From: Octopus sinensis
Lineage: Eukaryota
Direction of reading: 5' to 3'
Assembly (NCBI RefSeq): GCF_006345805.1
Contig: NW_021830462.1
Span: 1 to 64,000, forward strand
DNA: 64,000 nucleotides
The notes under the pieces are model-generated. The model saw only the letters and a program-made list of their open reading frames with translations. It did no database searches and was not told the origin of the DNA. The translations under genes were made by a program, and so were the position numbers. Positions 24,715-37,619 of the stretch are shown here, in pieces (position 1 is the stretch's first letter; the number at the start of each line of letters is the position of its first letter).

Positions 24715-24805
24715 AATTTGGTACGATCGTTTCGTACTACATCATTTTATCAAATGTTGTAAGTATTACAACAGTTTTAAAATGCTGAGCACTCATCAGC
24801 CAATT
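24715..24805 (-). ncRNA. Type-I hammerhead motif, intact core, ~60-nt extended stem II
   Basis: Minus strand AATTGG CTGATGA GTGCT..CATTTTA..TGTTGTAA-TAC-TTACAACA..TAAAATG..AGTAC GAAA CGATCG T A CCAAATT; palindrome ACGATCGT, GUA site. Confidence 0.8.
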
Positions 24806-24983
24806 ATAGAGGTTTTCCATTAATACAAAAATTTTCATATCAAGTGGCAACATTATAGAGAAGGTATATATATATAGACAAAGGTATGGATTTAAATTTT
24901 AAGAACATTTGAGGTAGTGGAGCCCATCAACTGACTGACTAAGATTTGGTTGTTCCAGACTCCTGTATATATATATATATATA

Positions 24984-25303
24984 CTCTTTTTACTCTTTTA
25001 CTTGTTTCAGCCATTTGACTGCGGCCATGCTGGAGCACTGCCTTTAGTCGAGCTATTCGACCCTGGGACTTATTCTTTGTAAGCCCAGTACTTATTCTAT
25101 CGGTCTCTTTTGCCGAACCGCTAAGTATATACATATATACGACAGGCTTCTTTCAGTTTCCGTCTACCAAATCCGCTCACAAGGCATTGGTCGGCCCGGG
25201 GCTATAGCAGAAGACACTTGCCCAAGATGCCACGCAGTGGGACTGAACCCGGAACCATGTGGTTGGTTAGCAAGCTACTTACCACACAGCCACTCCTGCA
25301 CCT
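24984..25303 (-). mobile_element. SINE family A with internal deletion
   Basis: Identity to family A; segment between GAACCGCTAAG and the (TA) tract is missing. Confidence 0.85.
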
Positions 25304-25949
25304 GATATAGTTTGATTGTAATGTAATGCAGAATTTTTCTAACTTTGTTGTTTGTTATTCCCTGCATCCATCCCCTCCTCTCATCTTTCTACTTCCTCTG
25401 CTCTTTTCTTCTTCCTTTTCATCTTTCAAACTCATTCATTGTCTCCCCTCCTATGTCGTCCCAGAATACTTTATTCCTTTTCTCTAATTCTTCTTCCCCT
25501 GTGTGCTGTTTCTTTTGAACTCAGACCACACATCTTGTCACTTCATTTATCGTTGTCTCTTCCTTAATCACCCTTCTCATTTGTAGTATTTGGAATTAGC
25601 TAATACTTTTCACTTGGTGTTACCTATTTGCATACAGTCCCTGGTTTGTCACTTCTGTTTTACTTCATTTAAAAGATTATTTGTTTCTTACTCTTGGTTA
25701 CTTTGCCCATTGTTCTGGCTTTGTTAATTGAAAAAAATTTATCCATACCCTTCAAACTTTCCCTTTCATCCTTTCGGGGTCGATGAAATAAGTACCAGTT
25801 AAATACTGGGGTTGATTATAACCAACTAATCCTTCCTGCAAAACTTCAGGCTTTGTGCCTATAGTAGAAAGTACTACTACTGCCGCTGTTGCTAGCCTTG
25901 TGGTAAAATTTGTAACTATTAGTAGTCTTATCATTATTGTTATTACATA

Positions 25950-26355
25950 GGTGCAGGAGTGGCTGTGTGGTAAGTAGCTTGCTAACCAACCACATGGTTA
26001 CGGGTTCAGTCCCACTGCGTGGCATCTTGGGCAAGTGTCTTCTCCTATAGCCCCGGGCCGACCAAAGCCTTGTGAGTGGATTTGGTAGACAGAAACTGAA
26101 AGAAGCCTTTCGTATATATGTATATATATATATATATGTATGTGTGTGTTTGTGTGTCTGTGTTTGTCCCCCTAGCATTGCTTGACAACCGATGCTGGTG
26201 TGTTTACGTCCCCCGTCACTTAGCGGTTCGGCAACAGAGACCGATAGAATAAGTACTGGGCTTACCAAGAATAAGTCCCGGGGTCGATTTGCTTGACTAA
26301 AGGCGGTGCTCCAGCATGGCCACAGTCAAATGACTGAAACAAGTAACAGAGTAAC
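25950..26355 (+). mobile_element. SINE family A, full length
   Basis: Identity to family A. Confidence 0.9.
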
Positions 26356-26654
26356 ATTATATTTTACATAATATCTTTTTTTTTCTTCTTCTTTTGGTTT
26401 AGACTGTTAAATTAACCAACAGCCTCTTCTACTAACCTCATCCCATTCCGCTAACTACCTGTATGGCATTGCGGTTAATTTAACTAGATTTCTGATTTTT
26501 CCCAAACTAAGCAAGCAAGCAATTCCCTTGCTGGGAAACAAATTCAAAACACACTGAGTTCACTCTGTAAGAATCCCCATGTTTGTTCAGTTTAACAACG
26601 GTTGTCATAGTTCAGTTAACATTGCAAATCGTATCAGAGGATTGGCTTACATTT

Positions 26655-27200
26655 CCTCTCCTTCTTCTTATTCTTCTTCGTCTTCTTCTTCATCCTCCTC
26701 CATCATCATTATCATCATCATATGTAGCTTCTTCTTCTTCTTCTTTCTCCTCTCCTCCTTCTTCTTCTTCTTCTCCTCCTCCTCCTCCTTCCTCTCCTTC
26801 TTCTTCTTCCTCACTCCTTCCTCCTTCCTCCTCTCTCTCTCTTCCTCCTCCTCCTTCCTCCTCCTCCTCCTCCCTCTTCTTCTCTCTCCTTTTTCTTCTT
26901 CTCTCTTCGACTTCCTCTCCTTCCTCCCCTCCCTCCTCCTCCTCCCTCTCTCTTCTCCTCCCTCCTTCCTCTCTCCTTCCTCCTTCTCTCCTCCTCTTCT
27001 CCTTCTCTCTTCTTCCCTCCTCCCTCCTCTTCTCCTCCTTCTTCTTCTCTTCTTCTTCTTCTTCTTCTTCTTCTTCTTCTTCTTCTTCTTCTTCTTCTTC
27101 TTCTTCTTCTTCTTCTTCTTCTTCTTCTTCTCTTCTTCTCTTCACCTTTCTTCTCTCCTCTTCTCTCCTGTTCTTCTTTCCTCATCCTTTCCCTTCTCTG
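26655..27200. repeat. Polypyrimidine (CTT/CCT)n tract
   Basis: Direct reading; source of the poly-S/F/E/R ORFs. Confidence 0.95.
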
Positions 27201-27623
27201 TCTTCTTCTTCACCTCATTTTTTTTTCATCTTTTTTTCCTTGAATTTTTCATCTCATTTATTCTTTCATGTTGTTTGACTTCTGTCTGTTTGTCTTCTCT
27301 TTCATTCTAATTATCCCTAATACGTCTCAACCCTGCCAAATTTTATATTTACATTAATGATATAGAAATTAAGAGGAACCTTTCAAAACATGGGAAATAA
27401 AATATTGATGTTTGTGTCTGTGTGTATGTATGAATACGCACATACACACACACATGCATGCACACACACACACATACACACACACATACACACACACACA
27501 TACACACACAAGGTTTCTGCAGAATAGTACCTTGGATAAAAGTCTTTTACTATAGCCTCTGTGACCAAAGCCTTGACAGTGATTTAGTAGTGGAAACTGA
27601 ATGAAGCCCACTATACATATATA

Positions 27624-28056
27624 CTCTTTTACTGTTTTACTTGTTTCAGTCATTTGACTGTGGCCATGCTGTAGCACCACCTTTAGTCGAGCAAGTCAAC
27701 CCCAGGACTTATTCTCTGTAAGCCTAGTACTTATTCTCTGTAACCTAGTACTTATTCTATAAGTCTCTTTTGCTGAACCGTTAAATTACAGGAATGTAAA
27801 CACACCAGCATCGGTTGTCAAGCGATGTTGTGGAGATAAATACAGACATACAAACACACACACACACACACATATATTTGCATATACATATATACAACAG
27901 GCTTCTTTCAGTTTCCGTCTGCCAAATTCACTCACAAAGCTTTGGTCGGCCCGAGGCTATAGCAGAAGACACTTGCCCAAGGTGCTACACAGTGGGACTG
28001 AACCCGGAACCATGTGATTAGTAAGCAAGCTACTTACCACACAGCCACTCCTGCAC
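27624..28056 (-). mobile_element. SINE family A, older subfamily
   Basis: Full structure with diagnostic substitutions (GCTTACTAA, AAAGCTTTG). Confidence 0.85.
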
Positions 28057-28696
28057 ATATTATATTTGTGAGGATGCATGGCCTAGTGGGTAGGGTGTTG
28101 TACTCACAATTTTGAGATTGTGGTTTCAATTACTAGACTGGTTGGTGCGTTGTGTTCTTCATCTCACATTGCTCTGTGGTCACTTTGACACCTGATGCAT
28201 GGTATACTGTGCACCTGTTCAATTAACATCCATTTGATGGAGGGAGGGAGTTAATGTACAGCTCATACATTTGGTCACTATAAACACTCATATGTCATCT
28301 TCAACAAGAGTCCATTGTGTGTGTGTAAAGGAAAAACAAAGGAACTAAAAAGCCAGGTGATCACTTTATAATCTAACTAAATTTAAGGCTAAGTGAATTG
28401 TCCAGTGAAATTCAATGTAATCTGTAGGTCATGAAATTACTTTCCACTGCTTTTCCAGTTTGTAAATCCAAAGTTCAAATACTAAATAAATTTAATACAA
28501 GGTCAACGAGTATAGTAGAAAAACAAAGAATAGAGAAGTATCATTTAATCAGCTTGCTTATGTTTCGAATAAATTAGTGGATTCCAAAGTTCGGTGATTC
28601 ATATTTATTGATCTCATATTTGATCAACAAAGATTCTACAGAGATAGAGAAATTTAACACTATCCTATCTTTATCAAAGCTATACCACACTGCTTG

Positions 28697-29080
28697 TGGA
28701 GGTGCAATGGCCCATGGTTAGGGCAGTGGACTCGTGGTCATAGGATTGCGGTTTCGATTCCCAGACCGGGTTGTTGTGAGTGTTTATTGAGCAAAAAACA
28801 CCTAAAGCTCCACGAGGCTCCGGCAGGATGGTGGTGATCCCTGCTGTACTCTCTTTCACCACAACTTTCTCTCACTCTTACTTCCTGTTTCTGTTGTACC
28901 TGTATTTCAAAGGGCCGGCCTTCTCACTCTCTGTGTCACGCTGAATATCCCCGAGAACTACGTTAAGGGTGCACGTGTCTGTGGAGTGCTCAGCCACTTG
29001 CACGTTAATTTCACGAGCAGGCTGTTCCATTGATTCGGATCAACCGGAACCCTCGTCGTCATAACCGATGGAGTGCTTCC
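28697..29080 (+). mobile_element. SINE family B, full length, 13-bp TSD
   Basis: TSD ACCACACTGCTTG at 28684-28696 and 29081-29093. Confidence 0.9.
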
Positions 29081-29393
29081 ACCACACTGCTTGGAATAGA
29101 GAATATTTTAAGGGAGATAGAAGTAAAACTAACACTATTTGAATATTATTAGGGGTGGGAAAGTATTTCAGCAGTCCTGGTTAAGAACTGTATCTATCAG
29201 ATCATAAAAGTATTATAATACGATACTTAATTTCTTTCATTCCCACTTAAAATCTTGAAGAATGTTTGTGGCAAAATTCCGATGCATGATTAATACAATC
29301 ACAGATTTCTGGAATTTACCATTCCATTCAAGATGTGTGTAAGCTAATTAAATAATATTTAATTCAACATTCTTTTGTGTTTATATATATATA

Positions 29394-29774
29394 GGTGCAA
29401 GAGTGGCTGTGTGGTAAGTAGCTTGCTTACCAACCACATAGTTCCAGGTTCAGTCCCACTGCATGACACCCTGGGTGTCTTCTACTATACCCTCAGGTCA
29501 GCCAAAGTCTTGTGAGTGGATTTGATAGATGGAAATTGAAGGAAGCCCATCGTATAAGTGTGTGTGTGTGTGTGCATGCATGCGTGTGTGTATATGTGTG
29601 TTATGCGTGTGTGTATGTTTGTGTGTCTGAGTTTGCCCCTGCACCATTGCTGGATAACTGATGCTGGGTTGTAGCTTAGCAGTTCGGCAAAAGCGACTGA
29701 TAGAATAAGTACTAGGCTTACAAAGAATAAGTAGTCCTGGGGTTGATTTGTTCGACTAAAGGCAGTGCTCCAGC
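29394..29774 (+). mobile_element. Diverged SINE family A copy
   Basis: GGTGCAAGAGTGGCTGTGTGGTAAGTAGCTTGCTTACC head; tail to GTGCTCCAGCA. Confidence 0.8.
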
Positions 29775-30076
29775 AAAATATGGGTGAGAGACATATCTTG
29801 CAAAACCTGAAACCTGCAGGTACCACATTATCCATTTTCCAGGTGTTTCATCTTTCAGATGTTCTCCCTGGAGGTAAGACGGTTTTTTTTCTCTATTTTG
29901 TTGCCACACACAGCATTTTTGCTAATACATACGCGGTGAAGCTACACATTAGCGTCGTATTTTTACGTTCGCTATTTCCAGTAAATATCAACTTAGTTGT
30001 GCCATTTATTTACTAATTTGTATATATATATATATTATTATATATATATTATTATATATATATATATATATTATAT

Positions 30077-30107
<31 letters not shown>

Positions 30108-30124
30108 CATATTATATACATATA

Positions 30125-30156
<32 letters not shown>

Positions 30157-30417
30157 ACAATCATATATAATATATATCTATGTATGTAGTGTGTGTCTGT
30201 GTTTGTCTCCCTCCCACATTGCTTGACAACCAATATTGGTATGTTTACGCCCCTGTAACTTAGCAGCTTGGAAAAGAGTCGATAGAATAAGTACTAGGCT
30301 TAGAAAGAATAATTCCTGGGGTCAATTTGTTCAACTAAAAGTGGTACTCCGGCATGGTTGAAACAAAAAAAAAAGAAAAAGAGGAAAGGAATATATATGT
30401 ATGTATGTATCATCCTC

Positions 30418-30880
30418 CTCATCATCATCATCGTTTAACGTCCGTTTGCCATGCTAGCATGGGTTGGACGGTGAAACTGGGGTCTGGAAAGCCAGAAGGC
30501 TGCACCAGGCCCAGTCTGATCTGGCAGTGTTTCTATGGCTGGATGCCCTTCCTAACGCCAACCACTCCATGAGTGTAGTGGGTGCTTTTTATGTGTCAGA
30601 TGAGGCTGGCAAACAGCCACGGTCGGATGGTGCTTTTTACGTGCCAATATATATATCATCATCATCATCGTTTAACGTCTGTTTTCCGCGCTAGCACTGG
30701 TTGGACGGTTCGACCGGGGTCTGGGAAGCCAGGGGCTGCACCAGGCTCCAGTCTGATCTGGCAGAGTTTCTACAGCTGGATGCCCTTCCTAATGCCAACC
30801 ACTCCGCGAGTGTAGTGGGTGCTTTTTACGTGCCACCTGCACAGGTGCCAGGGGGGTCTGGCATTGGCCACAATCGGTTG
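30418..30880 (-). mobile_element. Two tandem repeat family D copies (30418-30645, 30656-30880)
   Basis: CATCATCATCGTTTAACGTC.GTTT..C..GCTAGCA.GGTTGGACGG twice. Confidence 0.8.
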
Positions 30881-31288
30881 GAGCTTTTATATATATATAT
30901 AAAGAAAATATACAGGAAATATTAATATATATTTGAGTGTGTGTGTGTGTGTGTATGCTTGTGTCTCCTTGTGTCGATATAATGTAATAGTTGTAGCTGA
31001 GTATCATTGTCAGACAAGCAGTGTTGTTCATTACCAGCATTCTGTAAAAATGTGTCTGCTCAAAGAGCAATATCTCCATTGCTTGGAAACAGGTGTAGAT
31101 TGGCAACAGGGAGAGCATTCAGCCATAGAAAATCTGCCTCAATAAACAACCCCTCAAACCCATGCAAGCATGAAAAGTGGATGTGAAAATGATGATGATA
31201 GTGGTGAGAAATATATATATATATTGCACAGATATATACTAATATATTATATATATATATATCTATATATATATCTATATATTATATA

Positions 31289-31319
<31 letters not shown>

Positions 31320-31332
<13 letters not shown>

Positions 31333-31378
31333 CTGTGTGTATATATGTGTGTATGTGTGTTTGTATGTATGTATGCAT

Positions 31379-31422
<44 letters not shown>

Positions 31423-31742
31423 TTGTGTAATTATTCATACCCACACAAACATACACACATATATTTACATATATTTATGTATGTAGCTGTGCAAAACACA
31501 CACACACACCCTTATATATATATATATATATATATATACATAAATATATGTATATATATATATCTGTGTGTATATATGTGTGTATGTGAGTTTGTGTGTA
31601 TGTATGCATATATATATATATACACACACAACACACTTGTGTAATTATTCATACCCACACACACATACACACATATATTTACATATATTTATGTATATAG
31701 CTGTGCAAAACACACACACACACACACCCTTATATATATATA
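31320..31742 (+). repeat. Tandem duplication of a ~230-bp low-complexity unit
   Basis: TTGTGTAATTATTCATACCCACAC..GCTGTGCAAAACACACAC..CCCTTATATA at ~31423 and ~31637. Confidence 0.8.
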
Positions 31743-32311
31743 TGAATAATTACATAAGTGTTCATGATTGTGTGTGTGTGCTTGCGTGTCTAAGAGATGG
31801 ATGGATGTTGTGTGTGTAAGCATGTGTTACATAAATATATATGCATGGATGCGTTTATATATAGCCGTGCTCGCGAGTTTATATTTTTAGAAGCATGAAG
31901 AAATAATTGTAAAACGGTTAACCAGAGAAAGATTACAAGAAGCATATCAATTCTTCCCTTTACAAGCTATGGATTTTCAGAATTATCCTCCACCCTCAAC
32001 CCAATCCAATATCAATCCAATCCAACCCAACCCAACCCAACCCACCGCCAAAGAACAATGCATAATAAATAAAAAAAAAAAAAAACACTCCTTCAAAAAA
32101 AAAAAATAAACATGCAAAAAAAAAAGAAGATATATATAAGATGTTTAAGCTAATTGTGTTTTTAAGTGTAATGTTATCAGTAATAGGATGTAATGAACAT
32201 AACTGGCCTACCTCTTGTCAATACTGTACACATTCGAGGGAGGGCGTTAATTGTAAGTGGGAGTAGATAGAGCAAGAGAAACGGCTGATATGTTATGTTT
32301 AAGAAAATATT

Positions 32312-32346
<35 letters not shown>

Positions 32347-32926
32347 GTAGTAGTAGTAGTAGTAGGGGTTTTAGATAATAGGGTTAGGAACAACAAAAAA
32401 AAAGCAAAACAAAAAAAACAGACAAACAAACAAACACACAAACAAACCTAGAAAAAAAAAAAAGAAAGCCCCAGAAATTATTTCAATAGATAAAACTTGA
32501 AGTAAGTGATACAATGTAACAGTTTTAGATCAGAGAGCTTGCAATAAAACTGCCATAAAACTGTAATAAAAATGCAATGAAGCTGTTTCTAAGGCAATAT
32601 GTCTGCGGTAGTAGGGTTTCGGATAATTGTGTTTATGGTTAATGGATTCGAGTTCAAAGGTTTGTCATGTCTCATGAGTTTAATTTACAAATGGATAATC
32701 TTCAGTGTGTTGCTGTGGATTTTGGGTTATTTTTTTTCTTTCCCCTTTTTTTTTTGCTTTGTTTTGTTTTGTTTTTGCTGTTTTTTTATAGTTTTTATTT
32801 GTTTTCTTTTCTTTTTTTTTTTTTTTACAAGTTGTGATATGTAAATAATGATTTCTTTTTGACAAGGCATTGAGGCTAGCTCTTGCAAGAACAGAGAATA
32901 TATATATATGTGTGTGTGTGTGTCTG

Positions 32927-32992
<66 letters not shown>

Positions 32993-33248
32993 TATATACA
33001 TACATACATATATATACATATATATATATATACATACACACACTATATATATCATGCATATATATATACATACATACATACATATATATATATGTATATA
33101 TTATATATATATATATATATGTATAGAGAGACACATGCATATATACCACACTACCTATTATATTGAGTTCGATATCACATGATTTTTGGGCATTATGTAA
33201 AATGTGTATATCTTGATGTACTTACATTTGCACACACACAGACACACA

Positions 33249-33286
<38 letters not shown>

Positions 33287-33531
33287 TATGATTTCACTGA
33301 GGCATAGCGATACTAAATAACCAGTTGTTAGAACTCAGTGTATATGTGCTTCAGAATAAAATGTTGGGTGAATGCAACACATAATATAAACAATTGAATG
33401 ACAAAGAGAACTTCAGTAGCTGACAGCTGTTTCTGCAATAAGTAGCAGAGCAATAGTGCACCCATGCCATCATGGAAAATGGACATTAAAAGACGATGAT
33501 GATGATGATAAAGATATATATATGTGTCTAA

Positions 33532-33582
<51 letters not shown>

Positions 33583-33617
33583 GAAAGAATGGAGTGAACG
33601 ACGATTAACAAAATTCC

Positions 33618-33704
33618 TTTTTCTTGACATATGTTTCGAAGGCTGCATATTCCTAATTTCGAAGGAATAAGGGGTGCATTATGCTGCCTTCTCATCAGGA
33701 AAAA
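33618..33704 (-). ncRNA. Type-I hammerhead motif, intact core, extended stem II
   Basis: Minus strand TTTTTC CTGATGA GAAGGC..TATTCCT-TCGAAATT-AGGAATA..GCCTTC GAAA CATATG T C AAGAAAAA; palindrome ACATATGT, GUC site. Confidence 0.8.
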
Positions 33705-33824
33705 CAGTGAATTTGCTACCCAGGTATCGGTTAACCGAATTATCCATACTAAGATAATTCATTCAACTACTTAAATATAATATATATATATATATATATA
33801 TATAATTATGCCTGTGTGGTAAGA

Positions 33825-34130
33825 TGGCTGTGTGGTAAGAAGCTTACGTCACAACAACATGGTTCCAGGTTCAATCCCACTGTGTGGCACCTTGGGCAAG
33901 TGTCATCTACTATAGCCTTGGGCCAACCAAAACCTTGTGAGTCAATTTGGAAACTGAAGATGGAAACTGAAAGAAGCCCATCATATATAAGTATATATTT
34001 ATGTATGTGTCTTTGTCTATGAGTTTGTCCCCCCAGCCCCCTATCGCTTGACAACCAATTTTGGTGTGTTTACATCTCCATAACTTAGCGGTTCAGCAAA
34101 AAGGACTGAAAGAATAAGTACTAGACTTAA
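33825..34130 (+). mobile_element. Diverged SINE family A copy
   Basis: TGGCTGTGTGGTAAGAAGC..GGTTCAATCCCACTG..ACTTAGCGGTTCAGCAAAA. Confidence 0.75.
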
Positions 34131-34146
34131 GAATATATATATACAT

Positions 34147-34425
34147 GCTACAGGCATGGTAGGAAAAATTCCAGTGAACATTAGAAACGTCTTATCTCTG
34201 CTAGGTCAGCACAAGCAATACTGGTCAACTTGGAACTGATTTCAAAATTAGCTCCAAATAGAAGCCTGTTTCTCAGCCAAAGTGAACCAGCTGAAGAGAA
34301 ACAGGCACCTATTTGGTGCTAATTTCGAAACCAGTACCAAGTTGAGCAGTATTACTTGTGCTGATCTAGCAGAGTGTAAGGTATTTTTAATATTTATTGG
34401 AATTTTTCCCTACCATGACTGTAGC
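34147..34425. mobile_element. Foldback/MITE-like hairpin, ~128-bp arms, 21-nt spacer
   Basis: GCTACAGGCATGGTAGG...GCCTGTTTCTC mirrored by GAGAAACAGGC...CCTACCATGACTGTAGC, roughly 85% matched by eye. Confidence 0.85.
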
Positions 34426-34645
34426 AAATTTGGACTATTCTGTGGCACAGAAGTATTTTTGACTTCTATTTTTAGTGGTCTAGGTGCTCATGTAGTGCCT
34501 TCGTATATATATATATATATATATATTTATACATAAGTGCATATATTATGTTGTATGTATATATTTTATTAATTTGCCTGTACGGCTTGCCACTTGCGAT
34601 GGTATTTGATAATACCATCCCTTCCAATATATATATATATATATC

Positions 34646-34893
34646 AACTTTAAACGGAGTCTGGATAGATTACTTCAAAGAATACCAGATAAGCCACCCA
34701 TAATTGGATACAACTCACCCAACAAGAACTCACTACTTGAACAAAACTTGATACAACTCACCCAACAAGAACTCACTACTTGAACAAAACTTGACTTAAA
34801 CAGGATTCAAATAATCCTATCAGGTGGTGCTATTAAGTTAGACATGGCCTGGACCAATCTTTGGTCGAAACATATCTAAGTTATCTAAGTTAT
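34646..34893 (+). mobile_element. CR1-type LINE 3' end with a 43-bp internal tandem duplication
   Basis: NFKRSLDRLLQRIPDKPPIIGYNSPNKNSLLEQ resembles the CR1 ORF2 C-terminus (FK..LD..L..IPD.P...GY....NSL); short terminal repeat TCTAAGTTA x2. Confidence 0.7.
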
Positions 34894-35389
34894 ATATAGC
34901 AAGGTAGAGGGGGAATGACTGTAGAGTGAATTGAATTTATCTGTCTTTAGTTTATTGACACCCAAATTCCTTTCCCAAAGGACAGATGAAAAAAAATACT
35001 TTAACACTACTTAGTAGTGTAGAATTCTAAACACAGAGATGTAGAACTAACAAGTGTAATTAGTCTAATGTCTAATATAGCCCTTTGCTGCTTTTTGCCA
35101 GATTCACACATTTTGTTCTATGTAAATTGTTTTATATAAATTTAATTGTCGTTGACAAAAAGACCCACCAAATTATGGTGTGCTTCCAATTGATAAAATA
35201 AACTCATTATCAGTAACACTTGTTTTACATCCTGTTCTTTTCCCCTTACACCACTGCTACACTACACCCAAGTCTGGATTGTGAACCCAGTCTTAGGCTA
35301 TCAGCTTTCAATCAACTAGATGACTTAACTTATTGAACATCAGGCAAAGGTACTGAGTATTTCATAAACATGTGTACAGGTATACTTAA

Positions 35390-35537
35390 CCTTTTAGCTT
35401 TCAAGATTTCAATGGTCTGCTTGTAAATTGTTAGAGTGACATCGCAGTGTAGGTGTGCAAGATTGGATCTGGTCAGTTTTTAACATAAAACAGGTGGAAT
35501 ATTTGGGTCAGATATGACCGGTTTAAATGTTATATGA
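35390..35537. mobile_element. Degenerate piggyBac-type MITE (also at ~46030-46172)
   Basis: TTAA on both flanks; left end CCTTTTAGC; internal match to the 46030-46172 copy ending GCTAAAGGGTTA. Confidence 0.5.
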
Positions 35538-35597
35538 TTAACGTAATTCTCAATAAGAATCAGTGTGGCACAGTGTGTAACAACATTGGACCTTTAA

Positions 35598-35817
35598 CCC
35601 TTTTGTTACTGTATTTATTTTGAGATGCTCTGTTTTTCTTTCAATTACTTTGAATATAACAAAATATTTAGTAAAATAACTTAGTTATCATTCAGCTAGT
35701 GTTAGGAATGTAAATTGTGACTAAGGCTTGGTGGCAGATTTCAATTCAAAACTTATGAAAACAAGACATTTGTACTCAGAGCCAGAGCCAGTTTCAGCTG
35801 GGTTGGTATCAAAAGGG
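35598..35817. mobile_element. piggyBac-type MITE
   Basis: TTAA TSD at 35594-35597 and 35818-35821; TIR CCCTTTTGTTAC / GTATCAAAAGGG. Confidence 0.8.
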
Positions 35818-36269
35818 TTAAGTTACACATACAGCTCCCTGATGGGCTTCAACACAATTTCTGTGAACCCAAACCTGCTTCAACAAATTCCATTACACCT
35901 GTAAGCATGAAAAAGTGGACATCGAAATGACAACGATGATCTTGATGGTAATTATGTTTCCACCTGTTTGATATTTGATTACACTCTGTAACACGATTTT
36001 TGTCCTTGGGTAGCAACTGATATTTCCTATTTGCTCACCCCTAGAAAGTATGAAAATTGGCTAATATTTCCTTCAAACTTTGCTTTTGTTACATTTATTC
36101 AAATTCCAAAAGAATTCCTCTCAACACATGGCTATGATACATCACCATAAACACCAACAGTTTTTTTAATCCTAAATACACACACATACTCACACATTTT
36201 GATATAATGTCAAATCTCTAATGTATCTACATGTAGCTTTGCTATTCTCTAGGTGAAACATCTTACAAG

Positions 36270-36319
<50 letters not shown>

Positions 36320-36320
<1 letters not shown>

Positions 36321-36702
36321 CGGGAAGGTTTACGAAAATAAACAAAAGACGAAGGCAGGTGGAGTACAAACAAACAATTGTATTAGTATGGCGCTCAGGA
36401 ATAGAAATAAAACAAGTCTTTTACGTTTCGAGCCTATGCTCTTCAACAGAAAGATACACAGAAAAGAAACAAGGAGAGAAACAAGGAGAGAAGAAAAATG
36501 CGTGTAGGAGCTAACGATCCAACATGGCGTTCTAATTTCAGGCAGAAGTCAGAGATCAGAGGTCAGACGTTAGATGCTAAAGGGATAGTAGGGGAGATAA
36601 CAGGATCAAGTGACCTCGCCCCAACATGAAGGTGCGTGTGTGTATAAGAGAGTATGTATGTGCGTGTGAAAGAGGGCTGGTGGTCTGGACGTGTGTATGT
36701 AT

Positions 36703-36705
<3 letters not shown>
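36320..36705 (-). mobile_element. PLE-derived module between (TA)n tracts; same family as 61925-62120
   Basis: GCGCTCAGGAA..ACGTTTCGAGC....GCTCTTC is shared; hammerhead-like motif at 36417-36454. Confidence 0.6.
36417..36454 (-). ncRNA. Minimal hammerhead motif with mutated core (A6>U)
   Basis: Minus strand TCTTT CTGTTGA AGAGC-ATAG-GCTC GAAA CG T A AAAGA. Confidence 0.55.
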
Positions 36706-36734
<29 letters not shown>

Positions 36735-36896
36735 AATTGAAATAATTGACGGGGAAAACAAAGTGTATTGCAAGTTGTATTTAGCATGACAGTCATTTGG
36801 GCTTACACCTGCACACTACTAGGGACATACCCAAAACAAGGTTTGGGTACTACATTTTAAAGTTTCCTATCTAAACTTTAATTTCAAACATAACAT

Positions 36897-37075
36897 CATC
36901 AGCATCGTCATTTAACTTCCACTTTCCAATCTGGCATTGGTTGGATGGTTTGGCTGAGAACTGATAAGCCGAGAGCTGCACCAGGTTCCAATCTGATTTG
37001 GCATGGTTTCTATCGGTGGATGCCCTTCCTAATACCAACCATATCAATAGTGTAGCAGGTGCTTTTTACATACCA
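36897..37075 (-). mobile_element. Repeat family D, diverged
   Basis: CATCGTCATTTAAC.TCCAC..GCTGCACCAGG.TCCAATCTGATTTGGC. Confidence 0.7.
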
Positions 37076-37139
37076 GTTATGTAACACCGGCATGACCACA
37101 ACTACGACTTCAGCACTGACATCAGATTCAACAATGATT

Positions 37140-37174
<35 letters not shown>

Positions 37175-37262
37175 CTTCGATTAGAGGTTGTGTTAACCTC
37201 ATGAAGGGATGGTTTCATCAAGAAAAATTTTGGGGGAATTGATTTCCTTAGAATAATAGGTG

Positions 37263-37298
<36 letters not shown>

Positions 37299-37380
37299 GT
37301 TTATATTCATATAAAAGGAAGAAGAAAATGGAAATTGGGAAATTAATAACTGTTTATCATTAACATCAAATTAATCATCA

Positions 37381-37466
37381 TCCCTTACAGCTGTTTCAAT
37401 TAATACTGAGTAAATATTAAGTAAATGTCAAGTTTATATCACCTAAGCATAATATCTTCAGAGGGA
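37381..37466 (-). ncRNA. Type-I hammerhead motif, intact core, long degenerate stem II
   Basis: Minus strand TCCCT CTGAAGA [57 nt] GAAA CAGCTG T A AGGGA; perfect 5-bp stem I, palindrome ACAGCTGT. Confidence 0.75.
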
Positions 37467-37619
37467 AAAAATATACCCTTGGATGTTTTATATGTCTATA
37501 TGGATTCTTATATATATATATATCTGAAGTAATTACACAGAATATAGAGACTGGTACATCTTCAAATCTTTCTTTTAATTTAACAGTTAATTATGCAGCA
37601 TAATTAGTTAGTTAAAATG

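Noticed and set aside
32600-32712. Minus-strand CTGAAGA ... CCGAAAC
   Set aside because: Stem II arms are direct rather than inverted repeats, and there is no stem III or cleavage triplet
34707-34792. Short direct repeats (43-bp doublet; also ~11200-11250) as a possible CRISPR-like array
   Set aside because: Only two adjacent copies with no spacers, inside a CR1 tail, in a eukaryotic context
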